Below, one piece after another: positions 49,550-61,960 of a stretch of DNA of 64,000 bases. Source of the DNA: the human T2T-CHM13v2.0 reference genome, Homo sapiens; NCBI RefSeq assembly GCF_009914755.1, contig NC_060926.1, one strand, 5' to 3'. The notes below the pieces were generated by a model. That model ran no database searches and was not told the DNA's origin. It worked only from the letters and a program-made list of their open reading frames with translations. Numbering within the stretch: the first letter of the stretch is position 1; each line of letters opens with the position of its first letter. The position numbers and the translations under genes were made by a program.

Positions 49550-51130
49550 TTAGTTGAAGAATGTGTTAAATCAGGGAAAAGTTATTATAAAGTAAAAAAT
49601 CTAGGAGTATCTGAAAGTCGTAATGGGGCTATGTGCCCCAAAGGGAAGCAGTGGCTTTGCTTCACCAAAATTGGACAATGGGGAGTAAACACTCAAGTGC
49701 TAGAGGACATAAAGAGAGAAAAGATGATAGCCAAGGCAAAAGCCAAAGCCAACAACTCCCCTCCACAACCACCCGTAGTATTTCCATCCCTTTATTAAAA
49801 ACTACAAGCAGACGTATCCCTTCCCAAGCCAGGAAAAAACCTGTTTGTAGATCTAGGAGAACTTACCGCGCTTACCATGAATGTGTCCAATTGCCGGGTA
49901 TGTGGGGGAGCCCGCATATGAGTGAACAGTGGCCATGGTTTGGGATAGACATTCCTCCTTACTTACTAGCATCCCAAAACCCCAGCCTCACTTTCACTCT
50001 TCAGGAACGCCCGCAGTCCTGGACACTTACCAACCCAGTAAGAGGGACGGTGTGCATATCCCGCAAGTGGACTGATAAAACCCATCGTGCCATAGGTGCA
50101 AGCCCTTGTCACCAAACCTTAACAGTCAACGCCTCCACAGCCGAGTGGTGGCCAAGGTTACCCCACGGAGCCTGGTCTCCCTCTAACTTAAGCTGCCTCA
50201 ACTGTGTTCCATCAAAAAGGGCCTGGAACTGTACAAACACCACCAACCCTTATGCCACATACCCCCACCTAAGTGCACGATGGGTCAATCCTATGAATAC
50301 CAGCCTACAATGGACTGCCCCTGATGGATTCTTTTGGATATGTGGAACCCAGGCTTACTCATGGCTACCTTATCACTGGCGAGGTCCTTGCTTCCTAAGC
50401 ACAATTAAACCCGTATTCTTTTTACTTCCAAAGCAGGCAGGCGACACCCTCGGAGTCCCTGTGTATGATAACTTAAACAGAGAAAAACGATCCTTAAAGG
50501 TAGGAGGAAGCCAAAGATGGCGAGAGGACGAGTGGCCTCCGCAACGGATCATCAAATATTATGGTCCTGCCACCTGGGCTGAGGATGGTTCATGGGGTTA
50601 TCGCACTCCCATATATATGCTAAATAGAATAATTAGACTACAGGCTGTTCTAGAGATAATCACTAACCAAACCGCCTCAGCCCTGGAAATGCTCGCGCAA
50701 CAACAAAACCAAATGCACGCGGCAATTTATCAAAACAGGCTGGCACTAGACACTTATTAGCAGAAGAGGGTGGGGTCTGTGGTAAGTTTAATATCTCCAA
50801 TTGTTGTCTTAACATAGACAATAACGGAAAAGCAGTTCTAGAAATCGCTTCGAACATCAGAAAAGTAGCCCATGTACCGGTCCAAACCTGGAAAGGGTGG
50901 GACCCGGCAAACCTTCTAGAAGGTGGTTCTGTAATTTAGGAGGATGTAAAACGCTGGTAGGGACAGTAATCTTCATCACTGGGCTCCTCCTGTTTCTCCC
51001 CTGGGTTATCCACTAATAATAAAAGCCATTAAAACTCTTACAGTTAATCGCCAGACAATCCAGATGATGCTCCTGCTACAATGACGCAATGATACCAACC
51101 CGTCTCTCAAGAACGCCCCCAAAAATTAAA
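49550..51130 (+). pseudogene. env: Frameshifted env of HERVH48 (HERV-Fb)-type provirus; paralog of suppressyn (ERVH48-1)
   Basis: EECVKSGKSYYKVKNLGV...CPKGKQWLCFTKIGQWGVNTQVLEDIKRE (suppressyn-like); CXXC as CRVC at 49892-49903; furin site REKR at 50479-50490; YYGPATWAEDGSWGYRTP; ISD QNRLALD; CX7CC at 50778-50807; hydrophobic TM remnant ~50950-51010. Longest genuine env frame is 49918-50760 (280 aa). Confidence 0.92.
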
Positions 51131-51240
51131 GTTTTCTTTTTCCAAGGTGCCCATGCCACCCCCTGTGTCACGCCTGAAGTAGTTATTGAGTAAGTTGCCC
51201 CTTTTCCTTTTTTTTTTTTTTATAACCAAATAGGCAGGAA

Positions 51241-51654
51241 TGAAAGATTCTCCCCAGTGCCTGAAAGCTTGAAGGGATGAATAACTCCTCCCTTCTCAGG
51301 CCCAGTCCCAAGGCACAAGACCACTTGTGCCAGCAGCCAGCAGCGTGCATCAGCAAGACAGCAGAAGCAGGAAGACAGCCTGCTGGAAGACACTTACCCT
51401 GGCCGGAAGACATGTACCCCTGAAGATGGAGAAAGAGGCCTTCCGGGTACTACGTAGCAGTCACGTCAGACCGGGACACTTCCTGTTTAGAGAGGACTAT
51501 AAAACTCCGGTCCGGTAATCACTTGGGGCTGACGCCATTTTAGGCCTCATCCCGCCTGCACCCAGGCACTCATTAAAACAGCGTGTTGCCCCACACTGCC
51601 TCGTGTTGTCTGTTGGTGCGCTCTCGGGGTTCAAACCGATACAAGAACCTTTCA
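51241..51654 (+). mobile_element. 3' LTR of HERVH48-type provirus (MER48-like)
   Basis: Preceded by PPT aaataggcaggaa; TGAAAG...CTTTCA terminal inverted repeat; TATAAAA 51498-51504; ATTAAA 51572-51577. Confidence 0.85.
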
Positions 51655-52546
51655 AATGGTAGTAAGATTAAAGGTTTTTACTAAGTTATTAATAACAAAA
51701 AAGGCACAGATCTTAAATGTGCAGTTATGAATTTTGGCAATTGTATACATTCATGTAATCACTACCCACAACAAAAATAGAATGTTTCCACCACCACAAA
51801 AAGTTTGCAACACCCCTGTACCTCTTTCTAGTGCATTTCCAATCATGTCCTCATACCTACCTACCCCACAACCATTTTTTAATCTCTTCCAGAGCTAACG
51901 CTTAATACATTGAATTTTACATAATCTTAGGATAGACTGTCCCACATAAAGGAGACTATCTGCAATAATTTATGTTGGAAGAATAAGATATTGATGTCAA
52001 TTAATACATTTTGTGTCCTGGTTTAAAAATGCTCCTACTATTAATTAAAATTTTAAAGACATTTTCTTGTGAAAGTATAAAGGGATACTTTTTTCTATTT
52101 TGAACATTATGAGTTCAAAAGTTCATTCTGATAGAAAATTTTATTTTGTGTGTTTCAACTATGTATGGATGGAAATAAAACTAGGAAGAAATATAGATGA
52201 TTCTTTATACTTCTTTGCATTTTCCAAATTTTATGCTACAACCATGTATTGCTTTTATTGGTACAATAAAGCAATATCATCAGTGTAAAATGTACTTATT
52301 TTTTCATAATTATGTTAAGTCTCTTTATATTTATTTTGATCAAAGTGTCTTAGAGATGTGTTTTCAATTAAGTCCCAGGGTCTCCAAGCTCACTGGCACT
52401 GTCCTGTTTTTCCTCACACAAATACTAACTGCTATGGACAATGACACAGTTCTGGGAAAAACCCATGAGAGATCATTAGAGATAAGAGAGAATATTCACC
52501 ATGTTTGTTTCACTCCCAGGAACAAGCAAAGTTTTGTTTCTCAAGG

Positions 52547-52799
52547 TTTTATTTTTATTTTTTTGAGACAGAGTCTTGCTCTGTCATCTAGGCTGGAGCA
52601 ATTCTTCTGCCTCAGCCTCCCAAGTAGCTGTGATTACAGGCGCCAGCCACCACACCCAGCTAATTTTTTTGTATTTTTAGTAGAGACGGGGGTTTCGCCA
52701 TGTTGGCCAGACTGGTCTTGAACTCCTGACCTCAAGTGATCTGCCCGCCTCGGCCTCCCAAACTGCTGGGATTACAGGTGTGAGCCACCATGCCCGGCC
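52547..52799 (-). mobile_element. AluS with internal deletion in the right arm
   Basis: aggctggag joined to caattcttctgcc; TSD tcaaggtttt. Confidence 0.9.
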
Positions 52800-53290
52800 T
52801 CAAGGTTTTAATTTACACTCTTTCCATCTCATGATACGTAGTACCATAGAATTGTCTTTTTCTTTTTTTGAAGAAAAATGGTAGCAATTAAAAAAATAAT
52901 GACAGCTTAGTATCATGACAACTATGATATGACAGACTTATCTGGCCATGTGCTGTTGAGATCTGAACACTCAAAATACCTCCAAACTGTTATCAATCAA
53001 TCAATCACACTTCAGACAGCAAGCTAATTGTTGAATTCATATTTGCTTTACACGAATTCCCTATTTGTCATTACTATAAAATTAATTGCTAAAGTGCTTT
53101 ATTGCTAACTGTGCTTACATAAATAAGCATAACTATTTTAATCGCTTAATGTCTGATTAGAATCACTATCATTAATCTTTGACACCAAAACATTTCTGAT
53201 TAAATATTTTAAATAATGAAACGTAATTGGTAGAGCTCAGTTACAATGTAGTAACCTTTTTGGAGGGGGCATTATAATAAAAGTTTACAG

Positions 53291-53501
53291 CAGCACTGTT
53301 CACGAGAACTTTCTGTATGACAGAAATGTTCTCTGTGCTGTCCAGTGTGGCAGCCACTAGCCATATGTGGCTACTAGACACTTGAGATGTGGCTAGTGTG
53401 ACTCAGGAATTGAATTTTACATTTCATTTCATTTTAAATTAATTATAATTTTGATTTAAATAGCCACATGTGGCTAGTGGCCACCATATTAGATGGTGCA
53501 G
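53291..53501. mobile_element. MER3-like hAT-Charlie MITE
   Basis: agccactagccatatgtggctact...tagccacatgtggctagtggc internal palindromes. Confidence 0.8.
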
Positions 53502-53881
53502 TTTTATAGAATAAGGCTTAAAACCAAAATAAAAGTCTGCTCCTACTATACACAAGTTTTTTTGCCTTGTATGAATTGGAAATTTAGTGTCTAAGAATCA
53601 CTGATGTTCATAAATTTGTGATAAGCAACAGACTTGTTGAGACCAAAGTACTAAAAGGATACTTAAATTCGTTTTCATCTTCAGTGTGATTTATGGGAAT
53701 ATTAGGCCAAAGAAGAATGTTTTCCTTTTCTGATACAAAAGGAAGAGATCAATTCAGCAGAATTCATATTGTTTTAATTCCCATATAGTTAGGAAGTTAT
53801 TATTAGCCTCAAATGGCCTGAACATAATGACTAAGATGAATATTTGTGTGTTTTGGTGTCAGACTTATTTCCTTGTAATTA

Positions 53882-54222
53882 CAGTCATGGGCCACGTCAT
53901 TACATTTTGGTCAATGGCAGACCACATACACAATGGTGGTCCCATAAGATTGCAATACCATGTTTTTACTCTACCTTTTCTACGTTGAGATACGTTCAGA
54001 TGCACAAATACTTACTGTTGTTACAGCTGTCTCCAGTATTCACTACAGTAGCCTGCGGTACAGCTTTGTAGCCTCGGAGCAATATGCTGTACCACACAGC
54101 CTAGTGTGTATGGGCTGTACCATCTAGGTGTGGATCAGTGCACCCCATGATGTTCACACGACAGAACTGGCCAACAATGCATTTCTCAGAACACGTCTCT
54201 GACATTAAGCAACACATGACTG
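53882..54222 (+). mobile_element. Tigger3a/MER7A-like TcMar DNA transposon
   Basis: TIRs cagtcatg...catgactg flanked by TA on both sides. Confidence 0.85.
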
Positions 54223-54287
54223 TACTTAAAAAACTTGAAGTACGACTTCTCCTTAACGTTATTGAGAAAGGGACATTTTCCTTTTGA

Positions 54288-54962
<675 letters not shown>

Positions 54963-55339
54963 TACTTTTATCATATTTTTCACACACTTTGACCTCTCCT
55001 TCCTACATTTTCTGTTGTATTCTCTGTTGCAGGGATGGAAACAGCTTCTGGGGAAGGCTCGCTTTGTGTTATTATCAAGATGACAATGTTCTAAGCCTCC
55101 AAGCGCAGTTTTGCAGTTGGAAAGGGCCTCAGTCCTGCCACCCCCACCCTGGTTGCTTTGCATTCAGGCCATTAGGCCTGGACAGCCCCATGGATGCCAT
55201 TGCTTGGCCTCTGCCACCTTTCAACAGGGACTTGCAGTGAGATGAAGAACAGCCTCAAATCCTCACCTGTCATTCCACATACGGGTTCCTCATTTAGACA
55301 CACAGACTGAAGAGCATCTGCATTCACCTTCTCGGCTGC

Positions 55340-55435
55340 AGGTCTAGGTCTCCTTTGACTGGTAGGTCTAGGTCTCCTTTGACTGGTAGGTCTAGGTCTC
55401 CTTTGACTGGTAGGTCTAGGTCTCCTTTGACTGGT
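55340..55435. repeat. Minisatellite, 4 perfect copies of a 24-bp unit
   Basis: (aggtctaggtctcctttgactggt)x4. Confidence 0.98.
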
Positions 55436-55476
55436 TGGCTCTCCTTCCCCAGCAGGGGCACATTTCTCAGCAGAGA

Positions 55477-55778
55477 TTTATTTTTCTTTTTTTTTTTTTT
55501 TTGAGATGGAGTCTCGCTCTGTCACCCAGGCTGGAGTGCAGTGGCATGATCACTGCAAGCTCCGCCTCCCGGGTTCTCGCCATTCTCCTGCCTCAGCCTC
55601 CTGAGTAGGTGGGACTACAGGCACCCGCCACCATGCCCGGCTAATTTTTTGTATTTTTTAGTAGAGATGGGGTTTCACCGTGTTAGCCAGGATGGTCTCG
55701 ATCTCCTGACCTCATGATCCACCAGCCTTGGCCTCCCAAAGTGCTGGGATTATAGGTGTGAGCCATTGCGCCCGGCCT
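55477..55778 (-). mobile_element. AluY
   Basis: gcaagctccgcc and accgtgttagccaggatgg; TSD tcagcagagattt. Confidence 0.95.
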
Positions 55779-56597
55779 CAGCAGAGATTTCTAAGGCAAT
55801 CAACTGAAGACTTCACACCCGAGTAACCTACAAGTCCTTCCGGTTGGCTGCCTCCCAGATCTTGTGGAGCAAGATGCCTGAGCCTTCCCTGCTCCTGGGA
55901 ATGGCTGGCTAGGAGGGCCTGTGCACCCACATTTTAAGTGTGGTTGAGAAAAGCCTTGGGCATCTTCAGAAGCCTTGACATAGTTTCGCTGCTTTCCTCT
56001 CCCTGGCAGGACTACAAGTATAGCCACAGAAAGCTCAGTGCACAAAGTAAAGACACACCCTTGAGACAGTACAGCCACAGCAAACTGTACTAATTAACCA
56101 CAAAACCAGCTCTAACATATCCACCTCTTGGGCATAATGTTACTTATACAATGGGCTTAACAAAACTGATATGCAGACAAAGACGGCTTAGGTAGGCCCT
56201 TTTGACACTTATTCCTGAAGACAACAGCACTACGGCTGCTTTAGGAAAGTGACAGCAAACGTGTGAAAATTTCTCACCTTCTTAAAACCTGTGAATCACC
56301 ATCTACTTCTCTGGGAGTGGGAAACTCATTTGGTTTTGGCTGGGGCTTTCAATGGGATAACAATCTGTTCATGGAAGGTCCGAATGCTGCAGAGAGCTTG
56401 ATAGGTCACCTGTGCTAGCATGCAGATCAGCCAAGGATGCTTTAAAAGAAGAAGTGTGCCCTCCATCATGTAAAAAGACCCTATGGTGGATTAATGTAAG
56501 ATTCTAAGTAAAAATATTCGTTCAGTTACAGCCATAACTAAAACAGAATTCAGACTAGCTTTAATTCTACTAATTAGAATTTTAATCAAATACTTAT

Positions 56598-57022
56598 TGA
56601 TACAGTTTGAATGCACAATCCTGCCAAATCTCATGTTGAATTGTAATCTCCAGTGTTGGAGGTGGGGCCTGGTAAGAGGTATTTGGATCCTGGGGGCGGA
56701 TCCCTCATAAATGGCTTGGGTCATCCCCTTGGTAATGAGTGAGCTCTCTCTCTGAGTTCACATGAGATCTGGTCATTTAAAAGGGTGTGGCACCCCCCGC
56801 CCCACTCTCTCCCCTACTCCTGCTTTTGCCATGTGATGTGCGTGCTCCTGTTTCACCTTCCACAATGATTGAAAGCTCCCTGAGGCTTCATCAGAAGCCA
56901 GGCAGATGCCAGCACCATGCTTCCTGTAAAGCCTACAGAACTGAGCCAATTAGACCTCGTTTCTTTATAAATTATCCAGTCTCCATATTTTTTTAATAGC
57001 AATGCAAGAACGGCCTAAAACA
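56598..57022 (+). mobile_element. MSTB-like solo LTR
   Basis: tgatacagtttg...ctaaaaca; flanks cttat/cttac. Confidence 0.9.
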
Positions 57023-57100
57023 CTTACATCGTACTTACTGTATGCCAGGCTCTGTACATTAAAAATACCTTAAAAATAAGTACTTAAAAATACTAACTCA

Positions 57101-57394
<294 letters not shown>

Positions 57395-58041
57395 TCATTC
57401 AATCTTCATATAACAACCCTATGTATTTGAGTACTCTTTTGGGCACATGGTAAATAAATCTCCTTTTTATCTCACCAATCCAGTCCAGTTCCTAATGGAT
57501 GCTAGAGCCAAACCATGAACACAAATCCCATTTGTGCTCCGAAGCAATCCTACACCACGTTTTGAAAATTAATCAAAATATTTGAAAGCAAAACGTCCTA
57601 GTCAATATAATCTGTACTTTTTCTAAAATAGCTGAACCAGTAAATAAAAATAATCTTGTTTCCTTGCTACTAGTAACTTCTCTCCTCAAGCTACCTTCAA
57701 TCCTAGAAGGGACAAAGTTGACATTTACTGAACACTTATTTTAAGCCAGAACATGCCTCCCTGTACCCCCTCCCCACTTAACATTTTAGCCGTAAGCCTG
57801 AGGCTCACAGAGGTTCAGCAAAGGAATTACGGTCTTAATGCTGGTAAGTGGAAGACAGAGAATCAAGCCCTATCAGTCTGAGGCCTTCTTCACTGTGGGA
57901 CCTTGGTTGTTTCTCTTTGCATATCTAACACTTAGGAAATGTGCAACACATATTTGTTAAAGAAATGAAGGAATGAACAGATTCCCGTCTTGGTGACTGT
58001 AATTTAACACTTTCAATAGATTACTCTGCAGCCATCTTTCT

Positions 58042-58623
58042 TTTTTTATATATTTATATTTATTTAATAAATTCTCTATTTTTGGACATTTAGGGCAGCT
58101 AGAGGTATTATTGTAGATATTGCTGAGATGAATGTCCCTCTGACAATTGTCTGATTATTTTCTTTTTTGAAATTTTACTTTAAGTTCTGGGATACATGTG
58201 CTGAACGTGCGGGTTTGTTACATAGGTATACATGTGCCATGGTGGTTTGCTGCACCTATCAACCTGTCATCTAGGTTTTAAGCCCCGAATGCATTAGGTG
58301 TCTGTCCTAATGCTCTGCCTCCCCTTGTCCCCCACCCCTTGACAGGCCCCGGTGTGTGATATTCCCCTCCCTGTATCCATGTGTTCTCATTATTCAGCTC
58401 CCACTTATGAGTGAGAACATGTGGTGTTTGGTTTTCTGTTCCTGTGTTAGTTTGCTGAGAATGATGGTTTCCAGCTTCATCCATGTCTCTGCAAAGGACA
58501 TGAACTCATCCTTTTTTATGGCTGCATAGTATTCTATGGTGTATATGTGCCACATTTTCTTTATCCAGTCTATCATTGATGAGCATTTGGGTTGGTTCCA
58601 AGTCTTTGCTATTGTAAACAGTG
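58042..58623 (-). mobile_element. 5'-truncated L1PA (body ~58160-58623) with probable 3'-transduced segment (~58048-58157)
   Basis: ORF2 C-terminus (DWIKKMWHIYTIEYYAAIKKDEFMSFA) and 3'UTR; perfect TSD ctctgcagccatctttct at 58024-58041 and 58624-58641. Confidence 0.9.
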
Positions 58624-59335
58624 CTCTGCAGCCATCTTTCTAAAATACAACTCTGACCCACTAATGACTGGTTAGATAAAAATCATCACCACCACCCCTG
58701 AAACGACAACTCTTTATCTTACAGGAATTGCAGACTTCCAGAAGCCCTAGCACCATGTTTTTCATACTGCAGCTTGTGACTGGTTAGGTCTTTACGTTGT
58801 CATTTTTGTAAATAAAATGGAATAAATAGAAAAGTATCTTGCAGGGCAGTTAGGTAATTATTTTGAGAAGTTCTTGTGTGTGCACTGGAAACCACGGACA
58901 ATGTCTTCCTCACTGTGGGTCACAGGCAAGTTTGGAAACCACTGCTTTAGCACACTGAGTCCCTCTGGACACTCTTTGACTTCTCTGTTTTTGTATAGCT
59001 TTTCTCCTCAACTGGAAGGTTCTTCCCTTTTCTATGCCTGGGGAGCTTCTAGTCATCTTTCAAGTCCTAATTTAAATGTGTTAGTCACTCCGTGCTCACT
59101 CATTCTTTCCTCTGGTGGGCATCTGTTCCCATCGCGGGGTAGGTAGGTAGTTTTTCGTTTGCTGGTCTCCTCTCAAGCTGTGGTTAAAGGCAGGGAACAT
59201 GCCATTTTTATTTTTGTCATTCAAATGCCCATAACAGAGTTTGATCTATAGAACAGACTCTAAAATGCTTACTATATTATAGAACCCTGTAATTAATTTT
59301 TATTGAACATACATTTAATCCATATGTTTTCTACG

Positions 59336-59492
59336 TTTTTTTTTAAGAGACAGGGTCTTGCTCCACTGCCCAGCCTGCAGCACAGTAGCGTGATCACGGC
59401 TCACTGCATCCTCGAACTCCTGGGCTCAAGCAATCTTCCCCCCTCAACCTCCCAAAGTGCTGAAATTACAGGTGTGAGCCAACACACCTGGT
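59336..59492 (-). mobile_element. Alu monomer-length element
   Basis: Antisense diverged Alu. Confidence 0.8.
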
Positions 59493-59741
59493 CCCAATTT
59501 CTAATTATTGTCATATGCAGATTTTTAAAAGCAACATCATTCCTATGTTAATGCTTAAAAACAGTGAAAAGTGTTAAGACAACTCACGTCCATTGACCGT
59601 GATGCTGGGGTCTGTTCTGAACAAGATGAACAGTATGCAACATGATTATGATGCAATATGCTCCTAGTTTTTCCCAATGTGGATACAATCTCATTTAAAT
59701 CAACAATGCCATCAGGAGCAGATTTCAGAAGATCCATACAG

Positions 59742-59869
59742 ACCTGGCAAGGTGGCTCACGCCCGTAAACCCAGCGCTTTGGGAGGCCGAGGTGAGAGGA
59801 TTGCCTGAGCCCAGGAGATTGAGACCAGCCTGGCCAACACAACAAGATTCCGTTTCAAAAAGAAAGAAG
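59742..59869 (+). mobile_element. FLAM-like Alu monomer
   Basis: TSD agaagaYccataca. Confidence 0.85.
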
Positions 59870-60749
59870 ACCCATACACATTTTATTACAAAGAGCAATG
59901 CATCAAAAGGAGGCTTATTAACTCCTGGTGGAATAAAGCAGAACACAAAGATTAGTAAAACTTAAATGCTTTGATTTCAACTAAATTTCTCTCTTTATAA
60001 ACAGGCATCAATGGGGATTTAAAGGAAACAAGCCATATACGACTTGGATTAAATCGGAAAATAATTTTCCCCCATCAATTTTGCTGTGTTCTTTAGATTT
60101 TCATTTAGTCATTTACTTTTCCAGCTGCCTTTGGGAACACCTAGAATTCTAGAAGAAATGTGCAAAGTAGCTCAGTTCCTAATGTGACAGAGGGTGGGTG
60201 GTTTTCTTTTCTTTCCACCTCCACCGCACCGTGGGTGCTGCGCTTCATGACTGAAATGCTACAGAAATGCTTGGGAACAGCCCCCAGCCTCGACCACACA
60301 ACCACTTCATGTGTGAGCTTCGCGGTTCTGTGTTGAGACACGTTCTGCTTCAAGACCAGTGGGTTTGCATTCTTGGCACAAAATTTCAGGACAGTATAAG
60401 CACTTGATGTTGCCACCTTTGTAGACACCACTGCCAGGTTTTAACCTGGCAAGTTAAAAGACTGTAAGGTTTTAACTTCTCTCACTATAGTTTCAGGCTA
60501 TAAATAGAGGAGAACTAGGTAGGTGCTATTCCCTCAGCATGTGTGTGCACTGACTACAGTCGCAAAGAAAACGGAAGGTGACCTTGAGGACGAAAGGGCC
60601 ATAAATCGCGACGGCAAATTATTGTACTAAATAAAGGAGAATGAAGCTGAGGAAAACAGTAGTACATCCAGGTGAGGCTGGTCTGTATTTACAGAAGTCA
60701 AATCATGTGACAAAATGTACCATCTAAGAAACAAATATTCCAGTTATCA

Positions 60750-61174
<425 letters not shown>

Positions 61175-61195
61175 TTATAATTTATATTTGTAAGA

Positions 61196-61960
61196 TGTAT
61201 CTAACATCATAGCCAGGGACAGAGCTGGGACTGCCACCCCATGGGGCCATGATGGGCAGGAAGCGAATGCTTGGTGTTTATTCTCTCTCAGATACAAGTC
61301 CGCCCTTCTAGTTTCTATTCTGTGATCCTGGGACTGGCTCTCTGCAAACCCATTTCCTGTATTCCCTTGCTAGCTGGTAAGTTCTGACACTAGGAGGCAA
61401 TGGTAGGAGAGTGGAAAGCGGGAGGAGGAGGAACTTTTCTTCCTTTTTCTAGTTCCCGTCTGTGTCCCTACAGCAATAGAAGATTGTGATGGCTCCAGTT
61501 TCCAGATTGTTTTGGCAGCTCAAGTATGTGGCTGTATCCGTCCGGGGTGGCACACCAGCTGTGCCATCCCCCAATCAGAGGATTGGGCCCCAGACATTTG
61601 GTGGGTGTCTCCTTCCCCACTGGAAGTCCAAGCACTGTGGTGGCATCTCCTCCGAGGTCTAAGTGCCAGCCGCGTGGGGACCTCTCCTATGAGCCCCTAC
61701 GTTACGGTATCCCTACTTTTTCCTAGGGGTGGTAGTCACTTCCTGAATTTGTTTTTATTTTTTAAATAACTGCTCCTTGAGGAGCAGGGCTAACTCATAA
61801 GCAGTGTACCCAGAGTCGGCCCCTGAATGTATTCATATCTTACCTCAATATCCCCTTTCTGCTTCTTAGCCTTCCAACATCTGAGTAACCCATTTCCTGT
61901 CTTCACTCACCTCTGCTGTAATACCTACAACGGTTTTCTTACTGGACCCTGACTGATACA
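61196..61960 (+). mobile_element. Old ERVL LTR (LTR33/41/50 group)
   Basis: Ends in ctggaccctgactgataca; internal ctctgcaaacccatttcc...cttgctagctgg. Confidence 0.6.
61754..61821 (-). pseudogene. Tiny poly(A)-tailed retrocopy of an ERV1 LTR R-region RNA (MER41/PABL-like)
   Basis: Minus strand ggccgactctgggtacactgcttatgagttagccctgctcctcaaggagcag plus A-rich tail; flanked by cctgaatttgtt / cctgaatgtatt. Confidence 0.65.

Noticed and set aside
49633-49917. N-terminal 95 aa of the 375-aa ORF as real env protein
   Set aside because: Env homology here lies in other frames (suppressyn-like and CRVC segments); this frame becomes env only at 49918
55340-55435. CRISPR-like array
   Set aside because: Units are contiguous with no spacers, and the context is eukaryotic
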